A DNA stretch of 64,000 bases from Candidatus Obscuribacteraceae bacterium (lineage in GTDB: Bacteria; Cyanobacteriota; Vampirovibrionia; Obscuribacterales; Obscuribacteraceae): the NCBI GenBank assembly GCA_044229845.1, contig JBGASG010000002.1, positions 544,001 through 608,000 of the forward strand, read 5' to 3'. Made by a program: the position numbers and the translations under genes. The notes beneath the pieces are model-generated. The model saw only the letters and a program-made list of their open reading frames with translations. It ran no database searches and was not told where the DNA came from. Position 1 is the first letter of the stretch, and each line of letters opens with the position of its first letter. Below, piece after piece: positions 47,522 to 56,188 of the stretch.

Positions 47522-48415
47522 ATGCCTGTACAAACTCAGATCACCAGAAGCGAACCAGACAAGGTCATCAGTCTGCCTGGTGCCGGTTGCTCGCTTTGGT
47601 GGCGCCACACTCCCGGACTCGATGGAGCAAAGCTCGGCTTCATCGGCCGGTTTGCCGCCGACAGCGCAACAGCATCGACACATATCCTCGATTACGCCTG
47701 CGACCTATTAAAAGAGAATGGCGTCAATCTAGCAGTCGGTCCAGTTGACGGCAACACCTGGAACAGCTATCGCTATACCACCTGGTCATCCGGCCAAGCA
47801 CCATTCTGTCTGGAGCCGCAACATCCCGCGCAGTATCCTCGGTATTTCCAGCACGCCGGGTTCTCGCCGCTGGCGACCTACTACTCGTCAATCACCCATG
47901 ACTTGCACAGCGACAGAAAAGTGGTGGCAAAGCTAGAGGAGAAACTGGCGCGAGCCGGCGTCACCATCAGACAGATCGATGCCGCCAATTTTGACGGCGA
48001 ACTGCTCAAAGTTTTCCAACTGTGCGAGCAAAGCTTCAAAGACAATTTTCTATATTCGCCAATCACGCAAGCTGAGTTTCTTCAGCAGTACGCCGCCGTC
48101 AAGCCGCTGATTCAGCCGCCTCTGGTGCTGCTGGCGGAGGTCGACAGCGAGCTGGTCGGCTTTGTCTTCGCGCTGCCCAATATCAACGATGCTGAACGCC
48201 GGACGATCATAGTAAAGACTCTGGCTCGCTTGCCGCAACGCGAGCTTGCCGGTCTCGGGCACTTGCTTTTGGCACAAGTCCACGAAGCAGCGCAGCAGAT
48301 GGGTTTCAAGCAAGCCATTCATGCCCTCATGCATGAGTCGAACAACTCGCTGGCGCTGAGCAATCGCTATGCCGCCAAGTTTCGTGAGTATGCGCTGTTT
48401 GCGAGGAGCCTCTAA
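47522..48415 (+). CDS. GNAT-fold (N-acyltransferase-like) protein
   Basis: G.IGRF, GPVDGNTW.SYR, EP..P..Y...F..AGF and G.VF..P...TII.KTLA.....GLG motifs, consistent with a tandem GNAT fold. Confidence 0.65.
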   Translation: MPVQTQITRSEPDKVISLPGAGCSLWWRHTPGLDGAKLGFIGRFAADSATASTHILDYACDLLKENGVNLAVGPVDGNTWNSYRYTTWSSGQAPFCLEPQHPAQYPRYFQHAGFSPLATYYSSITHDLHSDRKVVAKLEEKLARAGVTIRQIDAANFDGELLKVFQLCEQSFKDNFLYSPITQAEFLQQYAAVKPLIQPPLVLLAEVDSELVGFVFALPNINDAERRTIIVKTLARLPQRELAGLGHLLLAQVHEAAQQMGFKQAIHALMHESNNSLALSNRYAAKFREYALFARSL

Positions 48416-48417
48416 TC

Positions 48418-49965
48418 ATGAATGTCTACAAGAAACTGCTAGAGCAACTGGCGATGCGCCCCGATGCCACCGCAATCATCGATACGAAGGGTGACAGCGT
48501 CAGGCACACCTCCTATGCACAATTGGTTCATCAAATTGAACAGGCGGCGTCCAACCTCGAACGCAAGGGCGTATACAACGGCGACACAGTTCTGCTGTTG
48601 CACGGACTGAGCCTGGAACTGTACGTGGCACTGCTGGCGCTTCTCAAAATCGGTGCCACGGCCATGGTCATCGACCCTTCGATGCCAGCCGAAGCTCTCA
48701 AGCGTTGCTGCCAGATCGCGCAACCAAAAGCAATTATCGGCGGTGCCAAAGGTTTGGTGTTCGCGTTGTTCAATCAGGACCTGCGATCGATACCGCGTCG
48801 CATTGGATTGAGCCGCATTTTGCGCAGCGCTCAAGGCGACCTCAGCGAAACCTTCATCGCCTGGCCCGAGACACCTGCGTTGATCACGTTCACCAGTGGC
48901 AGCACCGGCATACCCAAAGCGATCTGCCGCAGTCATCAGTTTCTTCTCGACCAGCACGAAGCATTGCACAACGCCCTCAACTTGCAATCAGGTGCAGTAC
49001 AACTGGTGACGCTGCCTGTCTTCGTGCTCGCCAATCTGGCATCAGGCGTGACCAGTGTTCTGCCCAACACGGATATCAGCTTGCCTGGTCAGGTCAATGC
49101 GCGCGCCATCATCAACTACATACAGACAACCGGTGTCACCGAGATTCTCGCATCGCCTGCCTTTGTCGAACGACTCTGCGATCATGCGCTGGCTCATCGT
49201 CGCGCACTCCCAACTATCGAGCGCATCTTCACCGGTGGCGCACCGGTCCTGCCTCGCAGCTACCGCAACATGCAGGAGGTCTTCCCACGTGCCACCATTT
49301 ACGGTGTCTATGGTTCAACAGAAGCAGAGCCGATAGCAAAGATAAATCTCGACGAGATTAGCGCCGAAGATATGGAGGCAATGTCGAACGGCGCGGGATT
49401 GCTGGCGGGGTACTGTGATGGTTCCGTCCAGCTAGCCATCATCGATAGCAACTGGCAGCCGACACCTGAGCAACAGTGCGACTTGAAAGCACATGCTTTA
49501 GGTGTGCGACAAGTGGGCGAAATAATTGTCGCCGGCAGACATGTGGTCAAGTCGTATTTAAACACCGAGCAAAACGCCGAAAGTAAAATCCACCTGAATG
49601 GCGAGACGCTCAGCCCCACGGTGTGGCATCGCACCGGCGACGCCGGTTATCTGGACGAACAGGGACGCCTCTGGTTGCTGGGACGGGTCTCCACGCGTAT
49701 CGATGACGAATTCGGTGTGCTCTACCCGCTGGCATGCGAAGCGCAAGTGATCGAACAGACTGCAGTGAAACGCGCAGCCATCCTCAATCGCGGCTCCATG
49801 CGGACGATGGTCATCGAAAGCCGCGACAGAGCTGCGGCTCCGGCGCTCAAGCGCATCGCCAGCCGCGCGCATATCCAACGCATAGTTTTCGTGGACAGGT
49901 TGCCAGTCGACAAGCGGCACAACTCGAAAATCGACTATCGCGCCTTGCATAAAGTCCTATCTTGA
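48418..49965 (+). CDS. AMP-dependent synthetase/ligase (ANL superfamily, OleC-like)
   Basis: FTSGSTGIPK, YGSTEAEPI, WHRTGDAG, LLGR and C-terminal PVDKRHNSKIDY motifs. Confidence 0.88.
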   Translation: MNVYKKLLEQLAMRPDATAIIDTKGDSVRHTSYAQLVHQIEQAASNLERKGVYNGDTVLLLHGLSLELYVALLALLKIGATAMVIDPSMPAEALKRCCQIAQPKAIIGGAKGLVFALFNQDLRSIPRRIGLSRILRSAQGDLSETFIAWPETPALITFTSGSTGIPKAICRSHQFLLDQHEALHNALNLQSGAVQLVTLPVFVLANLASGVTSVLPNTDISLPGQVNARAIINYIQTTGVTEILASPAFVERLCDHALAHRRALPTIERIFTGGAPVLPRSYRNMQEVFPRATIYGVYGSTEAEPIAKINLDEISAEDMEAMSNGAGLLAGYCDGSVQLAIIDSNWQPTPEQQCDLKAHALGVRQVGEIIVAGRHVVKSYLNTEQNAESKIHLNGETLSPTVWHRTGDAGYLDEQGRLWLLGRVSTRIDDEFGVLYPLACEAQVIEQTAVKRAAILNRGSMRTMVIESRDRAAAPALKRIASRAHIQRIVFVDRLPVDKRHNSKIDYRALHKVLS

Positions 49966-50021
49966 GCACTGTCGGGTAAGATAGATCTGGAAACACCCTC
50001 TCCGACTCACGGCCATTGCAC

Positions 50022-50738
50022 ATGGCTCACCAACAGATCGACAAGACCGACGAGTCTTCGCAGCGCGTTGCGGATCTGATCGCCGCATGCGCACACGATT
50101 TGCGTGCGCCGCTTTCCGGGAATGCATCGCTTCTGGAATTGATGCTCGCCGAAGAGTTCGGATCGTTGCCCGACCAGGCGAGGGATGCATTGCAAGTGAT
50201 GTTGTGCGGCAATCGCAGCATGCACCACACTCTGCAGCTTCTGGTCGATGTATTCCAGCTTGAAGCAAACCAGGGCGAGCTGCTGCACATCGAGAATCAA
50301 ACTGTGTCCGGCGCTGTTCAAAGCGCCGCAGAATCTATGGATAGTGAATCGCAGGCACGAGTCAATTTAGATGTCGCACCGCACATAAGCGTGCGAGCGG
50401 ATCGAGAGGCACTGCAAAAGGTTTTTTCGTTGTTGTTTGCCAGTTGCCTGCGCAAGAACGCACCGGAACAATGCCTGCATGTCACAGCCGCTTCCACGGG
50501 TATCCAGACACGCATCGATATTGCCGGCGCGGCAGTGCCACTGCAAAACCTCCCTGATTGCGAGGCGTTCAAAAGCTTGTGCGGCAGTGCGCCGCGAAAA
50601 AAGCTACCGGCCGGGTCCGTGCTTTCGTTCTATCTCTCTGCGCTCATGGTGCAGCTGCAGCGCGGACAAATGGTGGCAGAACGACACGCCGATGACACCA
50701 CTACCGTTAGTATTACTTTGCCGGCGGGTGCACCATGA
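50022..50738 (+). CDS. Sensor-less histidine kinase-like protein with a degenerate ATPase domain
   Basis: H-box AHDLRAPLS is present; the N-box Asn, DxGxG and GxGLGL motifs are not (LFASCLR, IAGAA, GSVLSF). Confidence 0.7.
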   Translation: MAHQQIDKTDESSQRVADLIAACAHDLRAPLSGNASLLELMLAEEFGSLPDQARDALQVMLCGNRSMHHTLQLLVDVFQLEANQGELLHIENQTVSGAVQSAAESMDSESQARVNLDVAPHISVRADREALQKVFSLLFASCLRKNAPEQCLHVTAASTGIQTRIDIAGAAVPLQNLPDCEAFKSLCGSAPRKKLPAGSVLSFYLSALMVQLQRGQMVAERHADDTTTVSITLPAGAP

Positions 50739-51388
50739 AAACCGCCACTGTGTTTGTCATCGAAGACGACGAGCTGATGCTGGCTGGACTGCGGGCCTCG
50801 CTCGGACGACTCCATCATCTGGAAGTCTTAGGCAGCGCCATGGACGGTCGGCAGGGTCTGGACAACGTCCTCAGGATGCGGCCAGACATTGCCATCGTAG
50901 ACATTGGTCTACCTTTCATGGACGGCATCGAAGTCACCGAACGCATCAAGCATCAACTCGATCACTGCAAAGTGCTGATGCTCACATCACACGATGACGA
51001 CAACAACTTGTTTTCTGCCTTCGCCGCCGGCGCCGATGGATATGTATTGAAAGACTCCGGCATCCAGACCCTGGATCTGGCAATTAACACGGTGCTGGGC
51101 GGCGCCGTTTGGTTGGACTCACGCATTGCCAAACGTGTGTTGCAATACGCGATTGTATCCGCCGCACTGTCACCACCGGCTGCCGTCGAACCGATCATCA
51201 AACTGACTGAGCGAGAAACGGAAGTTCTACGCTTCATGTGCGACGGCATGACTAACGCGGAGATCGCCGAGAGGTTGAATCTGACCACCGAAACCGTCAA
51301 AACTCACGTCAGCAAAATCATGCACAAGCTGGCAGTCAACGATCGCACGCAAGCCGCTGTTAAAGCCGTGCGCTCACACCTGATCTAG
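50735..51388 (+). CDS. NarL/FixJ family response regulator (REC + LuxR HTH)
   Basis: IEDD, VDIGLP.MDG, LTS, GYVLK and LTERETEVL...G.TN.EIA..L.....TVKTHVS. Confidence 0.95.
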   Translation: MKTATVFVIEDDELMLAGLRASLGRLHHLEVLGSAMDGRQGLDNVLRMRPDIAIVDIGLPFMDGIEVTERIKHQLDHCKVLMLTSHDDDNNLFSAFAAGADGYVLKDSGIQTLDLAINTVLGGAVWLDSRIAKRVLQYAIVSAALSPPAAVEPIIKLTERETEVLRFMCDGMTNAEIAERLNLTTETVKTHVSKIMHKLAVNDRTQAAVKAVRSHLI

Positions 51389-51589
51389 TCACCAGACGTC
51401 GTCGTCGCCTTTCAAGAAATAAGTGACCAGTCCACCGAGCAAACAGATGCAACCGGCGATCAGCATGAACGAACTGGTGACGTTGGTGACGGCGGTGTCT
51501 ACCCCTTCCTGCCCCATGCGCAACACCTGCGAGATGACGCAAAGACCGATGCCCGTCGCCATCATCGCAATCGGCATGATCTTCTTCAC
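51389..51589 (-). CDS. Small two-TM membrane protein
   Basis: GTG start with AAGGGAG upstream; VKKIMPIAMMATGIGLCVIS...FMLIAGCICLLGGLVTYFLKGDDDVW. Confidence 0.6.
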   Translation of the reverse strand: MKKIMPIAMMATGIGLCVISQVLRMGQEGVDTAVTNVTSSFMLIAGCICLLGGLVTYFLKGDDDVW

Positions 51590-51603
51590 GGCTGGCTCTC
51601 CCT

Positions 51604-52911
51604 TTACTGTTTCTTGAAGTGAATCAGTTTGTTCTCGGAATCGATGGAATAAGTATACTCCCCAAAAAACTGCTGTCCGAGCAAGGGGCGATCCATATGG
51701 GTGTCTTCGATGGCGGAGACCCAGGGCGAGTACTGAGTAATCGGACCCATTTTGATGCTGTCGACCTGAAAACCGTAACCCATGGTATCCCCGCCGACGC
51801 CACTGTGACGTTCTTTCCGGTAATCGGAAGGAATATCGATATTGAGTTTCTTCAAATGCGACATGGCGAAGGCGCAAACGCCACCAGCCCCGGTATCAAA
51901 GATCATTTCACAGGGCTTGTTGTTGACGAATGCATTGACGATCATGTGCCCGCCGCTCCAGCGAAACGGCACGGCATAAGGATCGCGCGATGCCGACGCA
52001 GAACTGGTTGCTCCGCCGGCGCCTTTCTTTTTCAAAACCAACTGCGAGTTTTGCGTATCGACCGTCACCGAGTAGGGCGCGAAAAACGTCTGTCCAAGCA
52101 AGCCTTCACAGGGCAAGTTGTCTTGAATGACGACCGGAAAATTTTTCCTGTACAAGCCGCCCACTTTCAGGTCGCAGGCTTGCGACCAGGTATTGCTGAC
52201 GCGGCTGCCCACACCGGCTGATTTCCCTTCGATGCCTTTGGCGGCTGGGCGTGAGATACCCAGTTGGGCCATGTGATTTTCGCCGACCACCGTCATTGGT
52301 GCACCGGTGTCCACGATCATTTCCAGCACCTGGTTGTTGATCAGCACATTGACTTTGATACCGTCGCGATCTTTGACAAAGGGAATTCTGACGTCGGTGG
52401 GTAATGAAGCCACTTCGGCCGCCGAAGTCGTATTCTTCAGCCAGCGCTCGGTATTGAAGCCGCGACTGCGACCGTCATCGCCTGCGTCATTGTCATTGTC
52501 ATCACCACCACCCGCTTGTTGCTGTCCCGTCGGCGCCACATAAGTACCGGCAGGATACTGACCGCCGGTGCCGGCCGCGCCGGGAGTGCGCGCCAGTACA
52601 GATCGCGCCAGTTGTCCTTGCTGAGTCGAACCAAAGTTGTCGCTCAGATATTGGAAGAGCTGCCGCGCGCGAGCACCGTTATTGCTCATGTAGTGGGAAA
52701 GTGCGCAGTAGTAAAGAACATTCGGATTGCTCGGTTGTGTCTGTAGAGCTTTCTCGAATTGCTGAGCCGCGCCGCGGTAATTTTTAGCCGAATACAGCTT
52801 GACGCCGGCATCGAAGACCGGATCGGCAAAAGACGGCGAGCCGCCCAACCAGATTGCCAGTGCCAACCCCAAAGCAGTCACCCAGCTTGTGTTTCGCGAA
52901 ACGGAACGCAT
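51604..52911 (-). CDS. Secreted TPR + tandem retropepsin-like aspartyl protease
   Basis: Signal peptide; TPR-like N-terminus; two domains each with DTGA (IVDTGA, IFDTGA) and LLGQ.FF. Confidence 0.88.
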   Translation of the reverse strand: MRSVSRNTSWVTALGLALAIWLGGSPSFADPVFDAGVKLYSAKNYRGAAQQFEKALQTQPSNPNVLYYCALSHYMSNNGARARQLFQYLSDNFGSTQQGQLARSVLARTPGAAGTGGQYPAGTYVAPTGQQQAGGGDDNDNDAGDDGRSRGFNTERWLKNTTSAAEVASLPTDVRIPFVKDRDGIKVNVLINNQVLEMIVDTGAPMTVVGENHMAQLGISRPAAKGIEGKSAGVGSRVSNTWSQACDLKVGGLYRKNFPVVIQDNLPCEGLLGQTFFAPYSVTVDTQNSQLVLKKKGAGGATSSASASRDPYAVPFRWSGGHMIVNAFVNNKPCEMIFDTGAGGVCAFAMSHLKKLNIDIPSDYRKERHSGVGGDTMGYGFQVDSIKMGPITQYSPWVSAIEDTHMDRPLLGQQFFGEYTYSIDSENKLIHFKKQ

Positions 52912-53089
52912 GTGCGAAAGACCTCGTTATTTCAACCCGCATAAAATATGCGCTGTAAGAGCCTATTCTAAACCTCTAAAAGGCTAAGAATACCGTGTTT
53001 TTTACGTTCCACCCCGGGCAGTAAAGTGCCACCGTATCTGGTGCTGAACGCGGTGAGAGTTTCGTCACGAAAATTCTACCGTCCAAAAG

Positions 53090-53120
53090 AAAAAAGCCCG
53101 GCAGTGCCGAGCTTTTTTTC
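53090..53120. terminator. Bidirectional intrinsic terminator downstream of the HU gene
   Basis: aaaaaagcccggca-g-tgccgagctttttttc: GC stem flanked by A and T runs. Confidence 0.8.
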
Positions 53121-53138
53121 GTATGACTAGCCGAGCGC

Positions 53139-53555
53139 TTACTTGCGACGTTTCGCAGGTTTCTTCTTGGCTGCAGGCTTACGCGCAGGAGCCGACTTCT
53201 TAGCCGCAGGCTTCGAAGAACCGGACGAGCGTTTCGGGCCTTCAGTGATCGATTTCGAAAGTGGGGCCAATCTTGAGCGTCCATCAACGATGGATTTCAA
53301 TTCCGCACCCGGACGGAACGCGGGAACGCGTGCCGCTTGGATGGTGATCTTCTTGCGAGGATCTTGCGGATTGACGCCTACGCGTGCTCTGCGATTACGA
53401 CGTTCGAACGTGCCGAAACCGACCAACATAACACGATCGCCTTTGCTCATAGCACCGGTTACGGTGTGCAAAATTGCGTTCAGCGTGTCATGCACGGCTT
53501 GTTTCGTTTGTCCTGTCGACTTCGCGACTTCATCCACTAGCTCTGCTCTGTTCAT
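53139..53555 (-). CDS. hup: HU family DNA-binding protein with a Lys/Ala/Pro-rich C-terminal tail
   Basis: MNRAELV..VA, GDRV.LVGFGTF..R.R.AR.G.NP and VPAFRPG..LK; GGAGGA RBS. Confidence 0.92.
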   Translation of the reverse strand: MNRAELVDEVAKSTGQTKQAVHDTLNAILHTVTGAMSKGDRVMLVGFGTFERRNRRARVGVNPQDPRKKITIQAARVPAFRPGAELKSIVDGRSRLAPLSKSITEGPKRSSGSSKPAAKKSAPARKPAAKKKPAKRRK

Positions 53556-53672
53556 ATTTCCTCCACACAGCACACCAGGATTGGGTTTCCTTGAAACCTT
53601 GCGAATAGTATCACCGCGTTTTTCTCAGCGCAAGTAGTAGGAGAATGCATATATCATTATTCTGGAACGCAA

Positions 53673-55115
53673 ATGAATCACTCGCACGACACCATCGCAG
53701 CAGTCTCAACAGCGCCAGGAGTGGGCGCGATCGCGATCGTGCGCTTCTCCGGATCGCAATCGCTCGAGATCGCGCTCGAGATTTTTGCACAGACCGCCGA
53801 TCACGCGCAAACCCGCGCCCGTCAGCATTTAAAGCCTGAGGACGAGATTCAGATTAAATCGCATCATGCGACTCACGGTTTTATCTTCGACCCCGACACC
53901 GGCGAAGTCCTTGATGAAGTCGTGCTCACAGCCTATTGTGCGCCCCGAACATATACAGGAGATGATCTGATCGAAATCGCCTGCCACGGCAGTCCGCTCA
54001 TTGCGCAATCTATCCTGAGCCTCATTCTGCGCCGCGGGGCGAGGCTTGCAAGAAACGGTGAGTTCACCGAGCGAGCTTTTTTGAACGGACGAATTGATCT
54101 CACGCAAGCCGAGGCCGTGCTCGATTTGATCCAGGCGAAAACGGCAAGGCAGGGGCGTGCGGCGATTTCGGCATTGACCGGACATCTTGGCGAGCAGATC
54201 AGTCACGTGCGTGCGGAATTGCTCGCATTGCTCACTCGTATCGTTGCCGGTCTGGATTTTCCAGAAGAGATAGGAGACGCTCCAGAACCGGAAGTCGACG
54301 AAGTTGTCAGCAGAAACAAATCAAAACTGGCGGCACTTGCGAGCACCGCCCGCAGTGGAAAGTTTTTGCGCGAAGGATTGAAGCTCGCGATCGTCGGTCG
54401 CCCGAACGCGGGCAAATCAAGCCTGCTCAACCAGCTTTTGAAATTCGAACGCGCCATCGTCACGGACATTCCAGGAACGACTCGCGATTCACTGGAAGAA
54501 CTTCTCGATTTAAATGGCGTGCCGGTGATTCTCATAGATACAGCAGGCATCAGGCTTACAGAAGACAAGGTTGAAAAGATAGGAATCGAGCGCAGCAAAC
54601 GCGCCATCGCGGAAGCCGATCTGGTGGTCTTCGTTGTCGACCTCGAAACAGGTTGGGGCGATGCGGAAGTCGAAATCGAAAAGCTGCTCAGCCGCGATGC
54701 AAAGCCCTTTTTGTTGGTAGGCAACAAAATCGATTTGCTCAACGGCGATCTATCTAAATGGACCGACATAGAAAAAGAACACGCTTGCGATCTGGTCGGA
54801 CTGGCCGCGAAGGTGGCGATTTCCGCGAAGAACGGACAGAATATGGCAGCGCTGACTTCGGCTGTCGAAAGCTGGGTGTTCGCGGATAATGCGCGTCGAG
54901 AGGGGCCTTCGCTGAACAGCCGTCAGGCTGACCTCTGCATCAGAGCGATGAGTGCACTTTCGCTGGTCGAACAAACGCTTGCGGCCGGGTACCCTCAAGA
55001 TTGCCTGGCCACTGATCTGAAAACAGCCGTGGATGCGCTCTCTGAGATCTCGGGCGAATCAGTGACCGAGGAAGTGATCACCGAGGTCTTTGCCACCTTC
55101 TGCATTGGAAAGTAA
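53673..55115 (+). CDS. mnmE: tRNA modification GTPase MnmE (TrmE)
   Basis: DTIAA.ST..G.GAI, GEFT.RAFLNG, GRPNAGKSSL, GTTRD, DTAG, NKID and terminal FCIGK. Confidence 0.97.
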   Translation: MNHSHDTIAAVSTAPGVGAIAIVRFSGSQSLEIALEIFAQTADHAQTRARQHLKPEDEIQIKSHHATHGFIFDPDTGEVLDEVVLTAYCAPRTYTGDDLIEIACHGSPLIAQSILSLILRRGARLARNGEFTERAFLNGRIDLTQAEAVLDLIQAKTARQGRAAISALTGHLGEQISHVRAELLALLTRIVAGLDFPEEIGDAPEPEVDEVVSRNKSKLAALASTARSGKFLREGLKLAIVGRPNAGKSSLLNQLLKFERAIVTDIPGTTRDSLEELLDLNGVPVILIDTAGIRLTEDKVEKIGIERSKRAIAEADLVVFVVDLETGWGDAEVEIEKLLSRDAKPFLLVGNKIDLLNGDLSKWTDIEKEHACDLVGLAAKVAISAKNGQNMAALTSAVESWVFADNARREGPSLNSRQADLCIRAMSALSLVEQTLAAGYPQDCLATDLKTAVDALSEISGESVTEEVITEVFATFCIGK

Positions 55116-55118
55116 GTC

Positions 55119-55661
55119 ATGGCGATTTTGAAGTCGGAAGAAACTCAGTGCCCCACGTCCCTGGAATTGACCTTCGTCAGAGAACGGTCCGGCGCCGACG
55201 CCGTTCATGCGGCTGCGTTGGCCGCGCAAACAGGGGCCGGTGCAGTGATGCCCCTGGCGGGGACCGCGCAGGTTAAGGGCGCCGACGACCAGACCTGGGC
55301 GTACGTGGCGTTCAATCTGGTGAGCGGGGGCAATCGGCTGACGACGCCGGAGGGCGCCGATTTTGTCTTGTGCCGCCGGCCTGCCGACGAAGTGGCTAAG
55401 CTTGCCGATCTATTAGATCAGTTTGCTGCGAAAAAAATCGAACGCGTTCTTTTCGAGCCCTCTGAGCCGTCGTTCGAAATTTCGGTGGAGCGCACGGCGC
55501 GCGGCGGAATCAAAGTGGAAGCGTGGCTCGATGCCGGCAATGCTACGACCGCCATCTACACCTGGGACGCTGCCGGAATTCGTTTTTACACAACAGACGA
55601 GCATGTAGTATCGTTCACTCGGGAGCTCAGATCTGAATTTCAGATCGCACCGGCACCCTGA
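55119..55661 (+). CDS. Hypothetical protein
   Basis: 180 aa ORF starting 3 nt after mnmE, with globular composition (FEPSEPSFEI). Confidence 0.65.
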   Translation: MAILKSEETQCPTSLELTFVRERSGADAVHAAALAAQTGAGAVMPLAGTAQVKGADDQTWAYVAFNLVSGGNRLTTPEGADFVLCRRPADEVAKLADLLDQFAAKKIERVLFEPSEPSFEISVERTARGGIKVEAWLDAGNATTAIYTWDAAGIRFYTTDEHVVSFTRELRSEFQIAPAP

Positions 55662-55686
55662 ACGCCCCACCCGAAAAGAGACGGAA

Positions 55687-56046
55687 ATGGAAAGTACGCT
55701 CGACCTGTCGAAAATCGAACTGCACGCTGGTTTGTATGCGGAGCAAAGCGGCTTCCACGAACTGCGGGAAAGACTGGAATCCGAGGGCTTCACGGTTTTC
55801 GTCTGGCAGGACTCGCCGGGCACGTCCTATCAGAATTTGACCAAACCAACCGACGAGCTGATTGTGGTGTCGCAGGGCCGCATCGTCATCACCGTCGGCG
55901 ACATGGAATATGGGCTTTCGGCGGGCGATGCCCTGACCATGCCCGCCAACACCATGCACAACGCCCAAAACGTCGACCATATGGCGTGCTGCTATTTCAT
56001 CTGCACGAAAGGGGGCGACGCCCCAATTATGAAGCGCCCCGAATAG
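55687..56046 (+). CDS. Cupin-fold protein
   Basis: E...V..G.I...V......L.AGD.L.MPA...H.A cupin pattern. Confidence 0.8.
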   Translation: MESTLDLSKIELHAGLYAEQSGFHELRERLESEGFTVFVWQDSPGTSYQNLTKPTDELIVVSQGRIVITVGDMEYGLSAGDALTMPANTMHNAQNVDHMACCYFICTKGGDAPIMKRPE

Positions 56047-56188
56047 CCACACCTGGGCGGGTTTGCGCCTGCCTACGTAGAACCAACATTGACCTGGTCA
56101 TCGAAATATCCGACGATGCAGTGGTTTAACGCGGAAAAGCCGCAACCGCAGGCACCTGCGTCCCAATTGGCACCGAGACTAGGTTCAC

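Noticed and set aside
46782..47711. 309-aa alternative-frame ORF inside the kinase-like membrane gene
   Set aside because: Arg/Ser-rich with no motifs, and it overlaps two well-supported genes.
55119..55661. Possible WapI-like immunity protein
   Set aside because: Only a short F.P.EP.F resemblance and no adjacent toxin gene; left as hypothetical.
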